From: an uncultured Deinococcales bacterium
GTDB taxonomy: Bacteria; Deinococcota; Deinococci; Deinococcales; JAAFIG01
Direction: 5' to 3'
Assembly (NCBI GenBank): GCA_964244895.1
Contig: CAXTKV010000043.1
Span: forward strand, 1-29,919
DNA length: 29,919 nt
Shown here: positions 27,010 to 29,919 of the stretch, piece by piece
Layout of the letters: the number at the start of each line of letters is the position of its first letter
How positions within the stretch are numbered: position 1 is the stretch's first letter
The notes under the pieces: model-generated
Told to the model about the DNA's origin: nothing
What the model saw: the letters and a program-made list of their open reading frames with translations, nothing else
Database searches by the model: none
Position numbers and translations under genes: made by a program

Positions 27010-27024
27010 CCTCTCTCACGCCAC

Positions 27025-27072
27025 AAACACCGTCCAGTACGCACGATTCAGAACTCGTCCTGGACGGTGTTC
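27025..27072. repeat. Dispersed palindromic element, 48-bp form
   Basis: AAACACCGTCCAGTACGC-acgattcagaac-TCGTCCTGGACGGTGTTC, followed by TCGAG. Confidence 0.92.
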
Positions 27073-27200
27073 TCGAGCATCGAGGTTCCAGGAACCTGTC
27101 TTCGAGTAAAGCATCGCGCGCCGATCAGCACCAAATTCAACGGCGTTCAGAAACCCTTTCGGGACTATCGGCATTCTGTTAAGGTGCAGACGGTAATCTC

Positions 27201-27959
27201 GTGCTGATCGTCATTCCTGACCTCCATGACCGCAGCGACCTGCTCGATGCGGCAATCAAGCACTACCCGGCGGACGCGCAGTTCGTGTTTCTGGGAGATG
27301 CGATTGATCGCGGCCCGGATTCGCGCGGGACGGTGCGTCGTCTGGTCGAACTCTCGGATGCGGGTCGGATCACGTTGCTGTGCGGCAACCACGAGTTCAT
27401 GCTGTTGTCCGCCGCCGAATATGAGCGTCGGGCGCAGGAATCGGGCGATGAATCCCTGAGCGTGACCGCCGCCAACAATTTCACCAACTGGGAGCGCAAC
27501 GGCGGCACGAGCGTGCTGACGGAATTTGGCGGTTTCGATGCGGGCAGCGTACCCGCCGAATTGCTCGAGTATTTTTCCAGGCTGGAACTCGTATTTGACG
27601 GCCCCGGCGGGTACTTGTGCTCTCACGCCGCGCCGCCCGCCTGGGTCAAACGCTACGGCAGCGTCGAGGAGACCATCGTCTGGGCTCGCCCGAACGATGG
27701 TCCGTTCCCGCTGCCGCCGGGCACGCACCGCAGCGTCCACGGGCACACGCCGCTCAAGTACCCGACCTGGGTCGGGCAGCACCTGTACCTGGACTTGGGC
27801 GCGTTCCTGACGGGCGCGTTGTGCACCTTCAACCTCGAGAGTTACGAAACCATCGTGCTGGAAGGCGCGGGCACGGTCGAACTCGAGCGGCTCTCCGAGT
27901 TGCAATCTCAGCAACCCGACCTGATCCGGGCGCACCCGTTCACGCGCGTGCAACTCTGA
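27201..27959 (+). CDS. Metallophosphoesterase, PPP/ApaH-PrpA-like Ser/Thr phosphatase family
   Basis: [35 protein letters not shown]. Confidence 0.9.
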   Translation: MLIVIPDLHDRSDLLDAAIKHYPADAQFVFLGDAIDRGPDSRGTVRRLVELSDAGRITLLCGNHEFMLLSAAEYERRAQESGDESLSVTAANNFTNWERNGGTSVLTEFGGFDAGSVPAELLEYFSRLELVFDGPGGYLCSHAAPPAWVKRYGSVEETIVWARPNDGPFPLPPGTHRSVHGHTPLKYPTWVGQHLYLDLGAFLTGALCTFNLESYETIVLEGAGTVELERLSELQSQQPDLIRAHPFTRVQL

Positions 27960-27979
27960 ACGCGTCCTGGACGGTGTTC
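27932..27979. repeat. Dispersed element with intact right arm; degenerate left arm lies inside the 3' end of the phosphoesterase gene
   Basis: GCGTCCTGGACGGTGTTC at 27962-27979; the gene's TGA lies in the spacer position. Confidence 0.7.
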
Positions 27980-28014
27980 TGAAGACACGCTCCGGGCTTG
28001 GTAGACTGCGGGGC

Positions 28015-28509
28015 GTGAAAGCGCTCGTCGGGATCATCATGGGTTCGCGCTCCGACCTGGAAACCATGCAGGGCGCCGTGGACACCCTGCGCGAACTCGG
28101 CGTGCCGTTCGAGGTGCGCGTGGTCAGCGCGCACCGCACGCCGGATCTGCTTTTTGAATACGCACAGAGCGCCGAATCTCGAGGGTTGGAGGTGATCATC
28201 GCGGGCGCGGGCGGTGCGGCGCACCTGCCGGGGATGTGCGCCGCCAAGACGATGCTGCCCGTGCTGGGCGTGCCCGTTCAATCCAGGATGCTTTCCGGCG
28301 TGGATTCCTTGTTGTCCATCGTGCAGATGCCCGCAGGTGTGCCCGTCGGGACGCTCGCCATCGGGCGGTCGGGTGCGGTCAACGCGGCCCTGCTGGCGGT
28401 GAGCATCGTGGCGAACTCCAGGCCGGAGGTCAGGGAACGCCTTCGCGCGCACCGCGACGCGCAGACCGCGCGGGTGCTCGAGGATTCCTGGATCGAGGGC
28501 GGGCCGTGA
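28015..28509 (+). CDS. purE: N5-carboxyaminoimidazole ribonucleotide mutase
   Basis: [38 protein letters not shown]; extended -10 TGgTAGACT 7 nt upstream. Confidence 0.98.
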   Translation: MKALVGIIMGSRSDLETMQGAVDTLRELGVPFEVRVVSAHRTPDLLFEYAQSAESRGLEVIIAGAGGAAHLPGMCAAKTMLPVLGVPVQSRMLSGVDSLLSIVQMPAGVPVGTLAIGRSGAVNAALLAVSIVANSRPEVRERLRAHRDAQTARVLEDSWIEGGP

Positions 28510-28519
28510 CGGATTTCAG

Positions 28520-28567
28520 GGACTCCATCCAGCACGCATGCCTAAACTCGCGTCCTGGACGGTGTTC
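28520..28567. repeat. Dispersed palindromic element, 48-bp form, inside the purE-purK gap
   Basis: GGACTCCATCCAGCACGC-atgcctaaactc-GCGTCCTGGACGGTGTTC, followed by TCGAG. Confidence 0.9.
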
Positions 28568-28626
28568 TCGAGACTCCACAGTCTGGGCATCGCCAGCGCC
28601 AGCCGCCATCCATCCGAGGCTCGCGC

Positions 28627-29766
28627 GTGGCTGAGCTCATCCTTCCGGGCGCAACCATCGGCATTCTGGGCGGCGGTCAACTCGCGCGGATGCTGGCGCT
28701 GGCGGCGAAACCGATGGGTTACCGCGTCGTCGTGCTCGACCCGGACGCGGATTGTCCAGCCGCGAGCGTGTCGGACGCCGTGATCGCCGCGCCTTACGAC
28801 GATCCCGATGGCCTGGAGCGACTGGCGGACGCGAGCGACGCAATCACGCTCGAGTTCGAGAACGTGCCGGGCGAGGCATTGACTGCACTCGAATCGCGCG
28901 TGCCCGTGCGTCCGGGCCGGGCTGTCCTAGAGATCGCGCGCGACCGAATCCTCGAAAAAAGCTTCCTGAACGGCATCGGAGCGCCGACCGCGCCGTGGGC
29001 AGAAATCATCACAGATGCCGACCTGGAACGTGCAGCCTCGAGCCTGGGCTTCCCCGCGATCCTCAAAACGGCCACGCTCGGCTACGACGGCAAAGGGCAG
29101 GCGCGAGTCTTCAATCTCGAGGATTTGCGGCACGCCTGGAACCGCATGAACCGCGCCCGATGCGTGCTGGAAGGTCTGGTCAGGTTCGAGTTGGAGATTT
29201 CGGTGATCGTCGCCCGCTCCAGTGCGGGACAGGAACGCGCCTTCGCGCCGTTCGAGAACCAGCATCGGGACGGCATTCTGGATTTAACCATCTGGCCCGC
29301 ACGTGTAAAGGATGGCGTTGCCAACGGCGCCACCGAACTCGCACTGCGCATCGCCCGAGAAATCGGCGCAGTCGGCTTGCTGACCGTCGAGATGTTCGTC
29401 GCGCCGGGTGCGCGCGTGATCGTCAACGAACTCGCGCCCAGGCCGCACAACTCCGGGCATTTGAGCATCGAGGCCGCGCCCACATCCCAGTTCGCGCAGG
29501 CGATCCGGGCGGTCTGCGGGCTGCCGCTCGGGGACGTGAAACCTTTCGCGGGCGCGGCCATGGCGAACCTGCTCGGGGACGCGTGGAAGCGCGGTCAACC
29601 CGACTGGAAGTCTGCCCTGGAAGCGGGCGCGAACCTGCACCTGTACGGCAAACGCGAGGCCAGACCGGGACGCAAGATGGGCCACCTGACCTCGCTTGGC
29701 AACACCCCGACCGAGGCGCTCGAACGCGTCCAGCGAGCCAGGTTCGCGCTCGAGAAACCTGATTGA
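28627..29766 (+). CDS. purK: N5-carboxyaminoimidazole ribonucleotide synthase
   Basis: GILGGGQLARM, EFENVP, LGYDGKGQ, NELAPRPHNSGH, HLYGK..RKMGH. Confidence 0.98.
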   Translation: MAELILPGATIGILGGGQLARMLALAAKPMGYRVVVLDPDADCPAASVSDAVIAAPYDDPDGLERLADASDAITLEFENVPGEALTALESRVPVRPGRAVLEIARDRILEKSFLNGIGAPTAPWAEIITDADLERAASSLGFPAILKTATLGYDGKGQARVFNLEDLRHAWNRMNRARCVLEGLVRFELEISVIVARSSAGQERAFAPFENQHRDGILDLTIWPARVKDGVANGATELALRIAREIGAVGLLTVEMFVAPGARVIVNELAPRPHNSGHLSIEAAPTSQFAQAIRAVCGLPLGDVKPFAGAAMANLLGDAWKRGQPDWKSALEAGANLHLYGKREARPGRKMGHLTSLGNTPTEALERVQRARFALEKPD

Positions 29767-29817
29767 CTGCTCAAGCAACCCAGGTCTTCGCCAGAGCTGC
29801 AAAAACCCGCCAACGAG

Positions 29818-29886
29818 AAGCCCAGACCAAAAGAGAACTCAGTCAAAAACGAACCCAGACACAAAAGAACCCAGTCAAAAGAGAAC
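29818..29886. repeat. A-rich ~16-bp tandem repeat x4
   Basis: aagcccagaccaaaaga / gaactcagtcaaaaac / gaacccagacacaaaa / gaacccagtcaaaaga. Confidence 0.75.
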
Positions 29887-29919
29887 AACGACGCTTGCGC
29901 GTCGCTGCTCCCTGGGAGG

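Noticed and set aside
27960..28014. Purine or ZTP riboswitch upstream of purE
   Set aside because: The gap is only 55 nt, occupied by the element arm and a leaderless -10; no aptamer motifs seen.
301..28567. Integron cassette array with the palindromes as attC sites
   Set aside because: No RYYYAAC/GTTRRRY ends, no integrase, flanked genes are in both orientations and include essential genes (argS, purE, purK).
301..28567. The dispersed elements as ordinary rho-independent terminators
   Set aside because: No U tracts; they occur between divergent genes and inside the purE-purK gap; the fixed 12-nt loop is not required for termination. A secondary RNA role is not excluded.

Overview
GC-rich (~63-65% by eye) bacterial chromosomal window, most likely Deinococcota. 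Evidence for this is the Deinococcus/Thermus-type ArgS and UvrC and several leaderless genes with TANNNT 5-7 nt before the start codon. Housekeeping genes (uvrC, argS, lnt, purE, purK, a DsbA fragment, two metallophosphoesterases) are interleaved with accessory genes: a HerA/FtsK-like ATPase, a DUF4157 protein, a trypsin-NucA fusion, secreted Ig/beta-helix lipoproteins, a signal-peptide-bearing S74-chaperone fibre preceded by a 42-aa lipoprotein missing from the ORF track, and a STAND-TPR-BTAD regulator. The most striking unexplained structure is non-coding. Most intergenic spaces carry a copy of one dispersed repeat built from two self-palindromic cores (CGTSC-W-GSACG) inside GAACAC...GTGTTC flanks. 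The cores fall into two spacing classes, exactly 25 bp (48-bp form, 11 copies) or 34-36 bp (~58-bp form, 7 copies, five at exactly 35), one helical turn apart. One copy sits in frame inside a gene between 11-bp direct repeats containing CTCGAG, a hexamer that is strongly over-represented where I counted it. A separate GTAG-type REP family and several tandem-repeat tracts are also present. No transposase, integrase, CRISPR array, tRNA or rRNA was found. All calls come from reading motifs by eye; no database searches were run.
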